64,000 nt of DNA from Octopus vulgaris (lineage: Eukaryota), in contig OX597814.1 in assembly GCA_951406725.2 (NCBI GenBank), positions 40,858,001 to 40,922,000 of the forward strand, written 5' to 3'. Below the pieces are notes generated by a model. It was not told the origin of the DNA and ran no database searches. It worked only from the letters and a program-made list of their open reading frames with translations. Shown here piece by piece: positions 1-12,186 of the stretch. The position numbers and the translations under genes were made by a program. Numbering within the stretch: the stretch's first letter is position 1; each line of letters opens with the position of its first letter.

Positions 1-769
1 GTTTCCATTTCAAGTTTTACGAACATTTATTCCTATTCTTCAGGTGTACACATAATGATATAACGAAAACTTTCAAAAAATTATAAGTATTATTTCTAAA
101 TATCTCAGCGTTAACATAAGATTGATTGCGAATTCAGAATAAATGGTGTATTTCTAGTTTTAATTTAGTTATACATATTTAATCTAAACCCCCAAAATAA
201 TATATATAGCAGGAAATAGTTTATCAAATAAATGCTAGAGGCATCGAGCAGGCATCCCTGATCCCTGAGGGGAAATCATATTGTAATTAACTTCCAGCAT
301 CTGAAAGGTTAACTTCTATAGCGGTTTAATCAAAGAAATAGGAAATAGAAAGTAAGTATTTCAATCAAAGAAATTGTTTAGCTATTTATGAAAGGAAACG
401 TAAATTAGATATGAATAATATCAAAAATGAACATAAGTATTTGGAATCTCCTGGTAGGAATAATCTGCATAGGTGAACCTCTATGATGTTAATACTATAA
501 AACAAATTAAATTTTACTAATAAAATCTTGTAATATATATTGTTAATTTTTCATTTAAACTATTATCTTAACATTATGATTTGAACATTATTTTAATTTC
601 ATATATTTACTTACATTTTTCATCGTGAAGCTGGGGGCAGGTACTTCCTGTAACCCGTTATATCCCAGTCATAATTTAGTGGATATTTCTTCAATTTGTT
701 TTATAATACTTGCATCTATTGAGGGATATTGTGTTTGCTTTTACTTTTTTGCTAACTGCTAAGCTCTAA

Positions 770-1100
770 CGAGATGTGAAAACTAGAAACTATGTTGGTT
801 TTCAAGAGAAAATTCGTTCTCGACTGCTTAGTCTACTGCTCCCATCTTTGATCACCACACGGAAATCAAAGCAATCCCGTGAAGCTACGCAAAGAATATC
901 GTCTTAATGCGACAGGTAAGCAACTGGGAAAGGTTGAAACATTTAAGACTCTTCTCCTTAGAACGATGACTAGATATATGTGCAGTATCTACATATGGAA
1001 AACCCAAGTTTGGCACTAAAACATTCACTAAAAGTAGCATATTGACAAAGATAAAAATGTTACCGTCAAGACAGAGCCCCAGGTACTGCAACACTGCAAT
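770..1100 (+). mobile_element. Degenerate CR1-clade LINE 3' fragment
   Basis: Translates with stops/frameshifts to 'LVYCSHL*SPH' and 'NWERLKHLRLFSLER*'. These parallel 'LEYCCPLWSPH' and 'NYWDRLKALKLYSLQRR' in the CR1 copy at 8824-9603. Confidence 0.6.
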
Positions 1101-1345
1101 TATAGCATTACAAGAGATTATCATTACAAGAGAACAGCATTACAAGAGTTTTGACTTTTGCATTTTAATCCTTGCGAATAGAATACAGTGGCAATCTATA
1201 GATTTCTTTGCCTGATATTTTCCCGTATTCGTTCCTATTTAATTGTATCTTTACTTTGCTGCGTACTTTCATTTCCGTCCTGTATATATATGGATAAATC
1301 TAATGATAGCTATTCATATATACAGTAACTATACATTCATATATA

Positions 1346-1907
1346 CAGTAATTACATAAAGTAACTTTACAGTTAGGTTGAAAACAATACCATGATAGGG
1401 TTGCTGAGGCATATGTAAGAAGCCAAAAGAAATCAGCTCGCCGTGGTAATTCCGAAATTGGTATCAAATGAAAATTACTATATAACGTACTTACAAGACT
1501 CAAATTGAAACCTTGTATTACTCACATAACTCACGAACTTCTGGAGAATGATCCTAATCGCAGATCTCAATTTTACAAACAGTTTGTAATCCAAGGAAAC
1601 CAATATTATTAGTCAGAGGAAGCCAAGAAGTATTGAAGACCTTCAACTGTTCCTTAATGATGCATTTGCTAATCGTGATCCAGACTTGCTTACCAAAATG
1701 TGTCACAGTATGTTTTCACGTTGTCGAGAATGCATTGAAGCTAACAGCTTACAGTTTTAACATTTATCATAAATATAGTGAATGAATTTGCTTGCCTATA
1801 TTGTTACGATATTTTCTGAAGCAATACATCAATGTTGTGAAAATCGTTTCAGTCTAACCATATTTCTTTAACACAAATAACTGTATAGTAACTTTAAGGA
1901 CACCCTG
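1346..1907 (+). mobile_element. Internally deleted Tc1/mariner element
   Basis: Left end TA-CAGtaattacaTAAAGTaACTtTACAGTTA matches the reverse complement of the right end, TA-CAGggtgtcctTAAAGTtACTaTACAGTTA, with TA flanks. Transposase remnant 'AYVRSQKKSARR...LKLKPCITHITHELLENDPNRRSQF'. Confidence 0.7.
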
Positions 1908-2027
1908 TATATCCATAAATATATACAATATATAAATATTGATATTGAAATGTTCATGAATACAACTACATACATATTCATATATGTATTCGTATATATC
2001 TATGTACACATATATATTTATGTGAGG

Positions 2028-2077
<50 letters not shown>

Positions 2078-2309
2078 ATGTGGGATAAAATGTTTTTGCA
2101 AAAAAATTTTATCAATTGCCAGCATGTTAAAAAATACCTTTAAAGGTTAAAATTATAAACAACTTATAAAGAAGGGCAAATGAAAAAAATTATAATGCCA
2201 AATATACCGAAAAATTGGACATATTGTCCATTACCATATAATTTTTCACAATTGGCATGCTACCCTAAAAAAAGCCGACAGAAATTTCTAAAAAATGCCA
2301 TTATTACCA

Positions 2310-2362
2310 TATCAGACCGATTTCAGGGTTAGTTCGTAAGAACCCTCCCTTCGTCAGTGATA
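2310..2362 (-). ncRNA. Type I hammerhead ribozyme motif
   Basis: Minus strand reads tatca CTGACGA agggagggttc-ttac-gaactaaccct GAAAT cg GTC tgata: perfect stem I, paired stem II, GUC triplet. Confidence 0.75.
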
Positions 2363-2600
2363 AATATGGCAAAGAAATAAATGAGATACTTACTCATACC
2401 CATGGAAGAAATATAAATTTAAGAGTTCACTTCCGGACTCTCTCATTCTGTCAGAGCCTCAGTTCAAATCGCATGTGTCTTGAATGGGCTGGAGTATTTC
2501 TATTTTGGATGTTTTTGGGGTACTTAATTGTGCTCATGACTTAGTGTTTTGCTTCTTCCATAGATATGAGTAAGTATCTCATTTATTTCTTTGCCACATT

Positions 2601-2653
2601 TATCACTGACGAAGGGAGGGTTCTTAGGAACTAACTCTGAAATCGGTCCGATA
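2601..2653 (+). ncRNA. Type I hammerhead ribozyme motif (second arm)
   Basis: tatca CTGACGA agggagggttcttaggaactaactct GAAAT cg GTC cgata, with one stem I mismatch. Confidence 0.65.
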
Positions 2654-2801
2654 TGGTAATAATGGCATTTTTTACAAATTTCTGTCAGCCTTTTTTTGAG
2701 TAGCGTGGGTATTGTGGAAAATTATATGGTAATGGACAATATGTTCAATTTTTCGGAACATTTGGCATTATAAATTTTTTCATTTGCCCTTATTTATAAG
2801 T

Positions 2802-2844
<43 letters not shown>

Positions 2845-3208
2845 ATGTGTATGTCAATGCATAAGTGTGTGCGGCGTGCATATGTTTGTATACGTGTCAT
2901 GATTCTTACCAACTACGTTTTTTGTTCGACACTCATGAGTTTCTCTCGATTCTGATGGGAAATTCTGTGTATAAATTAAATAGTTTCTCATTAGAGATTG
3001 GCTTCTAGCTAAGCCACAACAATGTCAATTAATTTTCAGCTTAAAGAAATGTCATAACTGTCAAAGAACACCAATGATATGCTTAGTAATACGAAATTAA
3101 CTAGGTACTCATGTCATTGAGAAAATTGAGAAACGTAGAATGGAAGAAGAATAAGAAGAAGGAGGAGGAGAAGAAGAATAGTGGACAGGAAGGGATTTAG
3201 GAAGAGAC

Positions 3209-3210
<2 letters not shown>

Positions 3211-3280
<70 letters not shown>

Positions 3281-3288
3281 TAATAATC

Positions 3289-3349
<61 letters not shown>
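3211..3349. repeat. (TAA)n microsatellite
   Basis: Direct reading of the sequence. Confidence 0.97.
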
Positions 3350-3350
<1 letters not shown>

Positions 3351-4793
3351 CTGTCACCTCTATCTGATATGCTAAATAGAACTGGATGCGGATATAAATG
3401 TTACGGCAAAAAGATCAGCCACGTTTTATATATGGATGACCTAAAACTATACGCTGCAAATGACAAACAGCTGGAAACACTATTAAAGACAGTTCATGGA
3501 TTTACCAAACAAATAGATATGGAATCTGAATTAGAAAAATGCGCCAAAGTAACCCTGAAAAGAGGAAACCTAGTTACGAGTAGATAAAACCAATGAAATA
3601 AAAGAATTAGACCAAAGCCAAACTTACAAATACTTAGAAATCCATGAACTAGATAAGACACAATACACACAAATGAAAGAGAAAATAAAAAAAGAATATT
3701 ATAGACGAGTTAGATCAATACAAAAAGCAGAGCTCAATGCTAAAAACAAGATAATAGGTATTAACACTTTAGCTGTGCCAGTTATAAGTTACAGCTACAA
3801 TATCCTTAACTGGATACTAAATGAACTGACCAAAATAGATAGGAAAACAAGAAAAATACTGACAGGATCTAGGATGCATCACCCAAAATCTGACATAGAA
3901 AGACTATATATACAACGTATAGAAGGTGGTAGAGGCCTTATACAGCTGGAAAACTACTATAAAATAACCACCATAGGACTCCAAAAATACCTACTTCAGA
4001 AGGAAGGAAAACTGATCCAGATAGCAGCAAAACACGAGCAAAACAAAAAAAACTGTTCTCAGTATTTAAGGAAGCTGACAAATACAAACAAGAAATCATA
4101 GCACCTAATAAATATGAAGAAGAAGAAGAAGAAGAAGAAGAAGAAGAAGAAGAAGAAGAAGAAGAAGAAGAAGAAGCAGAAGTAGAAGAAGAAGAAGACG
4201 ACGACGAAGAAGAAGAAGAAGAAGAAGAAGAAGAAGAAGAAGAAGAAGAAGAAGAAGAAGAAGAAGAAGAAGAAGAAGAAGAAGAAGAAGAAGAAAACAC
4301 AACAAAAGCTATAAAACAAATGAAATCCAAACTAAAAATAGAACAGCAACGAACCATGATAAAACGATGCCAAGAAAAGCCCCTTGATGGTAAATACTGG
4401 ACTAAATTAAACGCAAAAGAAATAGACAAAGACAAATCCCAGAGACAGGGATTTTTTATTGCAGCACAAGACCAAAGCCTCCCCACCAGAAATTACCAAA
4501 AACATGTAATGAAAACAAATATAACAAGTAACTGCAGAATATGTGGAGATGGACAAGAAACAATAAATAATATTATCTCTAGCTGCCCAGTCCTGGCTAA
4601 GAAGGAATATATTCACAGACATGACAGAGTTGGAACCTACACACACTGGAAGCTATGCCAACATTATGGAATAACAACAGAAAAAAGATGGTATAGGCAC
4701 ACACCAGAAAAGGTTACAGAAAACGAGAAAGCAACCATACTCTGGAATATGCCGATACACACAGATAGAGAAATTAAGGCCAATAGACCAGAT
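3350..4793 (+). mobile_element. R4/Dong-clade non-LTR retrotransposon fragment (RT C-terminus + CCHC zinc finger + start of RLE nuclease), disrupted
   Basis: 'HVLYMDDLKLYA' RT motif, 'EGGRGL', 'CRICGDGQETINNIISSC...RHDRV', 'ILWN...TDREIKANRPD'. Broken by a stop and frameshifts, and flanked by (TAA)n. Confidence 0.88.
4116..4295 (+). repeat. (GAA)n expansion inside the R4/Dong ORF
   Basis: About 60 GAA-type codons, in frame with the ORF starting at 4320. Confidence 0.95.
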
Positions 4794-4811
4794 AATCCTC
4801 TTTTACCTCTT

Positions 4812-4879
<68 letters not shown>

Positions 4880-5299
4880 TACAATAATAATAATATTAAT
4901 AATAACAGTAATGATAATTAATAACGGGATAACAAACAATAACAGACTCCGTTCCTACAGCTACAGAAACAGCCCAAGATAATATTAAAACGTACACCAA
5001 CAGTCAGGAATACATCTATGAAAACCTACGTTTAGTCTTGCAATGCTCACAGGTATCTTTATATTTTGAAATGCACATAGGTATCGCATGATTTCAATTA
5101 AAGACATAAATACTGGGCACGCATACGTTTTTACGTATGTCGTTTTGTGAGTAAATGCTTTTAGTATTTATTTTTTGTTGCAAACAATATGCAATATGTG
5201 ATCGAGCTGTGTATGCATTTAGAGTGTTGCAATGTGATTTGGGTGGGATGGAATATTACTTTCTACTTTCTAAGTAATAGTGCGTCTGTGTGTGTGTTT

Positions 5300-6515
5300 A
5301 CCGCTCACGCTGCCGCACTTGCTCCTACCTCTCCAACAGCACTCATCATCGACGCTGTCATATCACTGACTCCTTCACCTGCACTTCTAGCCACATCATT
5401 TACTGAATGTCCTGCTCTCTCTGTCCTTCTTGGTCAAATGGGACGCGATCTGGCTGACCGGTTCCCGGACCACCTCCGAGACATCAGACTCGGAAACAAC
5501 ACCCCGGTCCCGCGCCATTTCCACTCTACCGGTCATTCTTTACAACACCTGTCTGTGTTCGGCTTCTCCGTGCACAGGGGCTATCTGAACAACCCCTCTA
5601 CCTCGTGGACACGAATAATTCTTCTTTCTTCGTTCCTTTGCGCCACATGGGGTCAACACCCCTCCCCTCTTCATCTAACTAACCCTCTCTCCACTCTTCT
5701 TCTCACACCTATTTCCTCTCTTCATTCCCAGCCGCCTCTCTTCTCGTTTGCTCAGACCCCTACTGCCACTCTTCACTCCTACCCCCATTCTCCCTTCCAC
5801 CCTTATCGTTACCCTTCCATCGCTACCCCACCCCTACATATCCCACCCAACCATCCCACCACCCCACACATTCCACCCTAACTTACCCCACATACACCAC
5901 CCATCCTCACACCCCACTCCCACATACCCACCCTAACACAAAAAAACCCACCACACCCACACGATATCATTCCACACCCCGTCACACAACACCACACAAC
6001 ACACCAAAATACCACACACCACCACACCACACACCACCATACCACGCACTACCACACCACCATACCAAACACTACCACACCACACCACAATTCAAAATGC
6101 CACACATCACCATACCACATCACTACAACACACAACACACCACACATCACCACTGCACACCACCACGCCACATCACACAACCCGGCACACACTAGCACTG
6201 ACCACTTCCCACTGACCACACGCTATCACGTACACACGCACGCGCACCTTCGTTTTGGAATCACCAATACTTAATTATGTCTCCTTCTTTCTAGCTCTCC
6301 TGTCTGAGCACCTCTGTCCGGCCTTCTCCATGATTGACAGCTAGCCATCAAGCTTTTTTTTTTTTCTTCATGTTTATTTTATCATGTTCCTTTCTGTTGA
6401 AGAGCGTAGGCTTGAAACGTAAAATACTTTGACACCTTCCCGACTGTTAAACTAACACACCTGTTTATTGTTTACACACCTGTCTTCTTTTGTTTTTTTT
6501 GTAAATAGCAACTAT
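5300..6515 (+). mobile_element. Penelope-like (Neptune-type) 3' fragment: GIY-YIG remnant, C/A-rich tail and terminal repeat
   Basis: 'GQMGRDLADRFPDHLRDIRLGNNTPVPRHFHSTGHS' resembles the PLE GIY-YIG 'IGxTxRxLxxRxxEH...PVAxHF...H'. The tail 6370-6515 is homologous to 52010-52205. Confidence 0.7.
6391..6424 (+). ncRNA. Variant hammerhead-like motif
   Basis: ttt CTGTTGA a gagc-gtag-gctt GAAAC GTA aaa. The core has an A6U substitution. Confidence 0.4.
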
Positions 6516-7089
6516 ATTGTCGCTATGCGCATAAAAAAACATAGAATGACTTTCTCTGTTATTTTGCTAGTCATAAGCAAAATTTTAATGGAACACAAAC
6601 TGTCATAAACACGTGCAAATATCTTTCCACACAACAGCTAAAACAAAAATTCTGTAAAAGGCGATGGTATTTTCCAGTCAAAAGACTCCATCGAATGAAT
6701 TTCCGCAGATACGGAAAGCACGATTCATTGGGTATGTAGCTGTTAATGACATATGAGTCGTTAATTAAATTCTTAAATAAACCATTCATAAACAAATATT
6801 CTCAGTAAAAAAAGGAACGAACAGCCTTTCAGATGCGCACGCACATTTACATGTTGTAAATGCATAGAAGGCTGTAAATGCACACACAGGGAAATAACCC
6901 CATCAGCAATTCACTGTCAAATTTAGATGAACGTTCACCTGCAATATTATAAGAGGTACAAACAATACATATTAAAATCCAAATCATTAAACACCAACCA
7001 ACCATCAAACACAAGCACTAAACCGTGGGCGTAGTACACTGGATATAAATACACATTTAATATACATCATTGTCCATTTGTAGAAGTTC

Positions 7090-7157
7090 TTGCCTAGAGA
7101 TCACATTGGCGTGAAACTCGAAAAACTCAGTTTCACGCCAATGTGATCTCAAGGCAA
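7090..7157. repeat. Short hairpin with a perfect 22-bp stem
   Basis: gagatcacattggcgtgaaact (7097-7118) pairs with agtttcacgccaatgtgatctc (7129-7150), with a 10-nt loop and an outer ttgcct/aggcaa pair. Confidence 0.92.
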
Positions 7158-7374
7158 ATATGTGTGTATAGTTTCAACGAAAAACTATACACACATACTC
7201 ACACACGCATATATATACATAAACACATCCACAAGCATATACATATATTTATATATATATACGCAAATAATATACATAAGATTACATATACAAATACATA
7301 GACACGCACGCACTCATATACATACCTTGAAAATATTATCATATGTAGAAATGTGTGTGTGTATATATTTGTAT

Positions 7375-7441
<67 letters not shown>

Positions 7442-7816
7442 TAGATGGTTGTTTTTGTGTGATTGTGTATGTGTGAGTGTACATTTAAATGCGAATATAC
7501 AAACACATGCTTTTACTTTATCGATTGTCTATTGAAGTCACTTCAGTTGTGAGGATTTATTGCATTTTCTAGCGTTCATTTATTAATACTGTCTATAAAT
7601 ATTAAAACATTTTCCTGTACAACTCTATTTTCATTGAAGCATAATATTTAAAAATGGATGCAAAAAGAAAACAGATTTATTAAGCCACTCCATCTCATGA
7701 ATCGCAAATATGTCTAGTACTTATATTATATTATTCTCTGAATATATGTCGTATTTCATATATACATCAATCTATATGCATACCCTCCCACTCATATATA
7801 TATATATATATAATAT

Positions 7817-8710
7817 GTGGGCTGATCAATAAGTATCCGGATTGTTGACATAGTAAGTGCACAGAGAGAAGCCACTTGGCACACATTGACCTTCAGCATT
7901 GTTGAGCATGCGCACTGAGTTTAAACGTTGCAGCCCACTTTCTTTTTTTATATTAGTGCTTGAAAGGGAGTTGTGCAGCCTGTGATCATTGCATTAACAA
8001 TGACAGAGAAAATCTGCATCGAATTTTGCCAAGAGCTTAGCCTACGCAAAGTTTTCAAAATGAAGTCATAGTTTTTTAGATTAAATTACACATTAAAATG
8101 TTAAAAAAAAAACAAAAAAATTAATTACCAAGCGTTACCCCTGACTTATAACTATTTCAAAAAATTGTAAACCCGAGTGTCTTTTTGGTCAGCTGAAGGC
8201 AGTTTTGAGGCAAACTTGACAGACACGCCCGTTTTATACAAATCTTCAGTGATAATGGATTCAAGTAAACCGCAACTATTCTGCACATCCTTTGATAACT
8301 CACTGATAGTGATTCTATGATTCCCTCATAGCTGTACGCACATCTGCGATGACTTAATCAATTATGCTAGTTGTTGGTCTCCCGAAAGTTTCGTCAATAT
8401 CGAGATTTTTCGGCGGTCTTGGAAACGTCTGAAACATTCGTACACTTGTGTGCGGCCTATTCACTCCTCTCCATAGACTTTCTGCAACTTTGCATAGGGA
8501 GCGGAACAGGTATCGCCAAGAGAGATCCGATTGTCGTGGGCAATGCGACGGTCACACGCTACACCCCATCCTTCAAATCACTGTTGTAAACAGCGGAATT
8601 GAGGTAGAACGTTAACACTTAGTGCACATACACAGCAGCGCCCAAGATCAATCTACGCAAAGCAACTTCACTTTGCCTGTTTTAACTCATTACTATGGCG
8701 GCAGTCATGA
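7817..8710. mobile_element. Two convergent mariner 5' fragments (+ 7817-8060, - 8165-8710)
   Basis: The two 5' UTRs are homologous and inverted. Plus strand gives 'MTEKICIEFCQEL'; minus strand gives 'YAKLQKVYGEE*IGRTQVYECFRRFQD...GRPTTS...RITISELSKDV', a mariner HTH region. Confidence 0.75.
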
Positions 8711-8739
8711 TGAGACCTCATGTGTGTGTTTGATAAACT

Positions 8740-10143
8740 TAGATGTGTTTCGACCAATGATTGGTCAAGGCCATGTCTAACTTAATAGCACAACCTGATA
8801 GGATTATTTGAATCCTGTTTAAGTCAAGTTTTGTTTATGGTCCATTCAAGTAGTGAGTTTTTGTTGGATGAGTTGTATCCAATTATGGGTGGCATATCTG
8901 GTATTCCTTGAAGGAATCTATCCAGACTCCATTTAAAGTTGATGGGATCCTGTTCCTCTTTGATCTCTTTCAGGACAATGTTAAATAGGGCAGGGCCTGT
9001 TGAGGAAAAGAAATTATGTTGTAGTGTACATGTATGCTGTGATCTTGAATTGGGCAGGGGACGTATGGCCCGTGGTCCCAGTCTTGGATGAACCTTGAAG
9101 CTAATGTTCAGGTCGTTTGGGCAAAGTTGGCGGTATATTCTCCACATCGAACAACTGATGTACCGCTCACGGCGACGCTGGAGAGAGTAGAGTTTCAAGG
9201 CTTTAAGGCGATCCCAATAATTGAGACCAGCCATGCCTTCAATTCGTTTAGTGAGTGCCCTCTGGGGTGATTCAATCCTGGAGATATTTTGTCTTGTATG
9301 GGGAGACCACAGTGGGCAGCAGTATTCGAGGTGTGGACGTACAAAGGAGGAGAAAAGTGGTATGATGACACCTTGTTCTCGGGACCGGAAAGTTCTTAAG
9401 ATCCAGGAACTCATCCTATGAGCTATATCGACCTTCTTGTTGATGTGTGCACACCACCTGAGATCGTCATCAACAATTATACGCAGGTCTCTGATATTGT
9501 TAGAGGTTGTGAGCGGTTCCCCTGAAGGAAGAGTGTATGGCTGTTTTAGTGAGGAATTTCTTCCAAAATGCATCAGCTCAAATTTTCCCTCGTCCAGTTG
9601 CATTTTATTTCAGTCTGTCATTGACTCACGGCATATATATCAGACTGGAGTTGAGTTCGGTCTGCTTCTTCATTGACGATTTGCTGGAGCTTAGTGTCAT
9701 CAGCAAATATTTTCACTTTGCAGTAATGTACAACACTGGAAAGTTCGTTTATGTAGATTATGAAAAGTAGCGGACCCAAAACAGTCCCCTGGGGGACACC
9801 GCTGGTGACTTTTGCTGGGTTTGAGTGGACTCCATCCACTACATCATGTTGTGTTCTATTCGCCAGGAAATACTTGATCCAGTGTAGAACTTTTCCGCGG
9901 ATTCCAACATTTGCCAATTTTAAGAGTAGGATATTATGGTCTACCCTGTTGAACGCTTTACTGAAGTCAAGATATATGACATCAGATTTCGAACCTGTTC
10001 CCAAGGCTTCGAGTACATCTTCAATGTGGTTTAAGAGCTGTGTTAGACAGTCCCTATCACAGCGAAAGCCATGCTTATTTGCATTTAGGAGTTTGTGAGT
10101 ATCCAGGAAGTCAGCTATCCTTGATCTTAACACTCTTTTAAAT
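8740..10143 (-). mobile_element. 5'-truncated CR1-clade LINE (RT domain; ORFs 9618-10133 and 8824-9603, one frameshift)
   Basis: 'HGFR', 'DVIYLDFSKAF', 'SGVPQGTVLGPLLF', 'IFADDTK', 'VRPHLEYCCPLWSPH', 'LKLYSLQRRR'. Confidence 0.92.
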
Positions 10144-10148
10144 ACTTA

Positions 10149-10215
<67 letters not shown>

Positions 10216-10283
10216 GCATACATATATATTTATGTATGTATATATATATGTATAAAATATATATATATATATTTATATGTATG

Positions 10284-10318
<35 letters not shown>

Positions 10319-10491
10319 GTGTGTGTATGTGTGAGGATGTGTGTGTGTATGTATGTATGTATATATGTATGTATATATGTATATATATATATATATGTGT
10401 ATGTATATGTATATATTTATGCATGTATATATATATATGTTTGTATATACATGTATACTTATATATGTATATATATATATGTGTACACACA

Positions 10492-10555
<64 letters not shown>

Positions 10556-10603
10556 AGTGAATTGAAGAAATGGAGCTGAACGAAGATTGACCAGAAATCG
10601 TTT

Positions 10604-10695
10604 TATTTCATTCTACACGTGTTTCGAAAGGCACAATTTACCAAATTCGATTGAATAATGAGACCATATTGTGTCTTTCTCTTCAGGAAGAAATA
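10604..10695 (-). ncRNA. Type I hammerhead ribozyme with long stem II
   Basis: tatttcttc CTGAAGA gaaagacacaat...attgtgcctttc GAAAC acgt GTA gaatgaaata, with palindromic stem III ACACGTGT. Confidence 0.75.
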
Positions 10696-10835
10696 GGAAA
10701 TCCGTTGGAAAAAACAAAAACAGAACAGAGGCGGAGCATAACAAATCGAACTAGGCTCCTAAGAGCCCATGGCCAAACAGTTTGATTTGTTTTGCTCCGC
10801 CTCTGTTCTGTTTTTGTTTTTTCCAACGGATTTCC

Positions 10836-10928
10836 TATTTCTTCCTGAAGAGAAAGACACAATATGGTCTCATTATTCAATCGGAATTTGGTAAATTGTG
10901 CCTTTCGAAACACGTTTAGAATGAAATA
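10836..10928 (+). ncRNA. Hammerhead motif, second arm (stem III mutated, GTA to TTA)
   Basis: Same as the minus copy but reads GAAAC acgt TTA. Confidence 0.55.
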
Positions 10929-11133
10929 AAACGATTTCTGGTCAATCTTCGTTCAGCTCCATTTCTTCAATTCACTAATAATATTAAAATTCAATTATCC
11001 GCACCAACGCACGGTTGCAACACCATATGGTTGTACCTCCAACCGTGCTGTCTTCTGCTGTGATTTTTGCTACGAAGGTATCGGTTAAACTTTTGATTAA
11101 TCTGCAACAATATTATTCATCTTTCTATTTCAC

Positions 11134-11202
<69 letters not shown>

Positions 11203-11562
11203 GTATATATATGGATATATGTATAGATATACGGATACCGATTTCATTCAAAATTTATACATACATTACAAACAGTCCATCGAGTGTCATGGGCCAGAGA
11301 ATTTCTTACCTAATGCGCCCCAGAGCAATTTCTTTTTACTCTGATTCGCTATTACGGGTCAAATGTTAAGGAATAACATTTGATGCTCGACACTTATTCT
11401 TCCGGTTCATAACAAAGTTTCAATTTCATTGCACTTATACAGTTTTATATTATACACACATAATACATATATACGTAAAATCTTGTGCGTATATTTATAC
11501 AGAAAGAGAGAGTGAGGGAAACAGACAGACATTGGGAGTGAGATAGAGGTATGTACCTATGT

Positions 11563-11722
11563 GCCGAGGCGTGGCTGTGTGCTAGAATGCTTGCTTCCCG
11601 AGCATATGGTTCCGTGTTCAGTTCCGTTGCCTGTAACTTAGGCAAATATTCTCTATTACAGATCCAAGCCGACGAAAGTCTTGTGAGTGGATTTGGTGGA
11701 TGGAAACCGAAAGAAGACTGTC
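11563..11722 (+). mobile_element. tRNA-derived SINE 5' half (Octopus OK-like)
   Basis: A-box-like gtggctgtgtgcta and B-box-like gttcagttcc. Homologous to 46514-46676 and 51495-51655. Confidence 0.75.
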
Positions 11723-11783
11723 TTTTATATATCATTACACGCACACATATGTATATGGATATGTACATATGTATGTGTGTGCG

Positions 11784-11833
<50 letters not shown>

Positions 11834-11929
11834 ATAAAACGGTAAGATAACAAAAGAAAGAAAGATACCTCAATATTATGTAAATAGAGGAAATTTATCT
11901 ATACAATATGTTACATTACTCGGTAGTCA

Positions 11930-11992
11930 AGATAAAACTCTGAGTTTCAGATGCCGAAGTGGAAATCCACAACACCATCTCTTCGGTTATCT
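11930..11992 (-). ncRNA. Hammerhead-like motif in the Naiad 3' region (U4C core)
   Basis: agataa CCGAAGA gatg...catc t GAAAC tcaga GTT ttatct. Confidence 0.55.
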
Positions 11993-12186
11993 GGCTTTTT
12001 GAAAACGTTATGAAAAAATACCGTTAAAAATGAAGGGAAATTACTCTGTTATAACTCTGCTTTGCCTGCGTACTTATACATCGCTCGTATTTTTCGTCAT
12101 AAAAATTATATAAAAATACATAAAAATATATAAAAATATATAAAAATATATAAAATCTTCTTGGGACATAACACAGAAAGCATGTT

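Larger units (their letters stand above)
2075..2804. mobile_element. Non-autonomous Penelope-derived fold-back module (inverted arms 2159-2410 / 2553-2804) in (TA)n
   Basis: About 250-bp inverted arms with scattered mismatches and a 142-bp spacer. One hammerhead motif per arm, and (TA)n on both sides. Confidence 0.75.
10548..11117. mobile_element. Penelope-derived fold-back module (arms 10548-10752 / 10779-10984, 3' tail to 11117) in (TA)n
   Basis: About 205-bp nearly identical inverted arms with a 26-nt spacer. A hammerhead in each arm, and (TA)n on both sides. Confidence 0.8.

Noticed and set aside
1-760. Possible decayed Naiad 3' ends and a hammerhead-like GAAAGgttaaCTT near 303
   Set aside because: No recognisable CTGANGA core, and the protein similarity is too weak to call by eye.
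10230-10579. ORFs rich in IY/YI, CV, HT or poly-I/Y/S/L here and throughout the window
   Set aside because: They are translations of (TA)n, (TG)n, (TAA)n and (GAA)n microsatellites, not genes.
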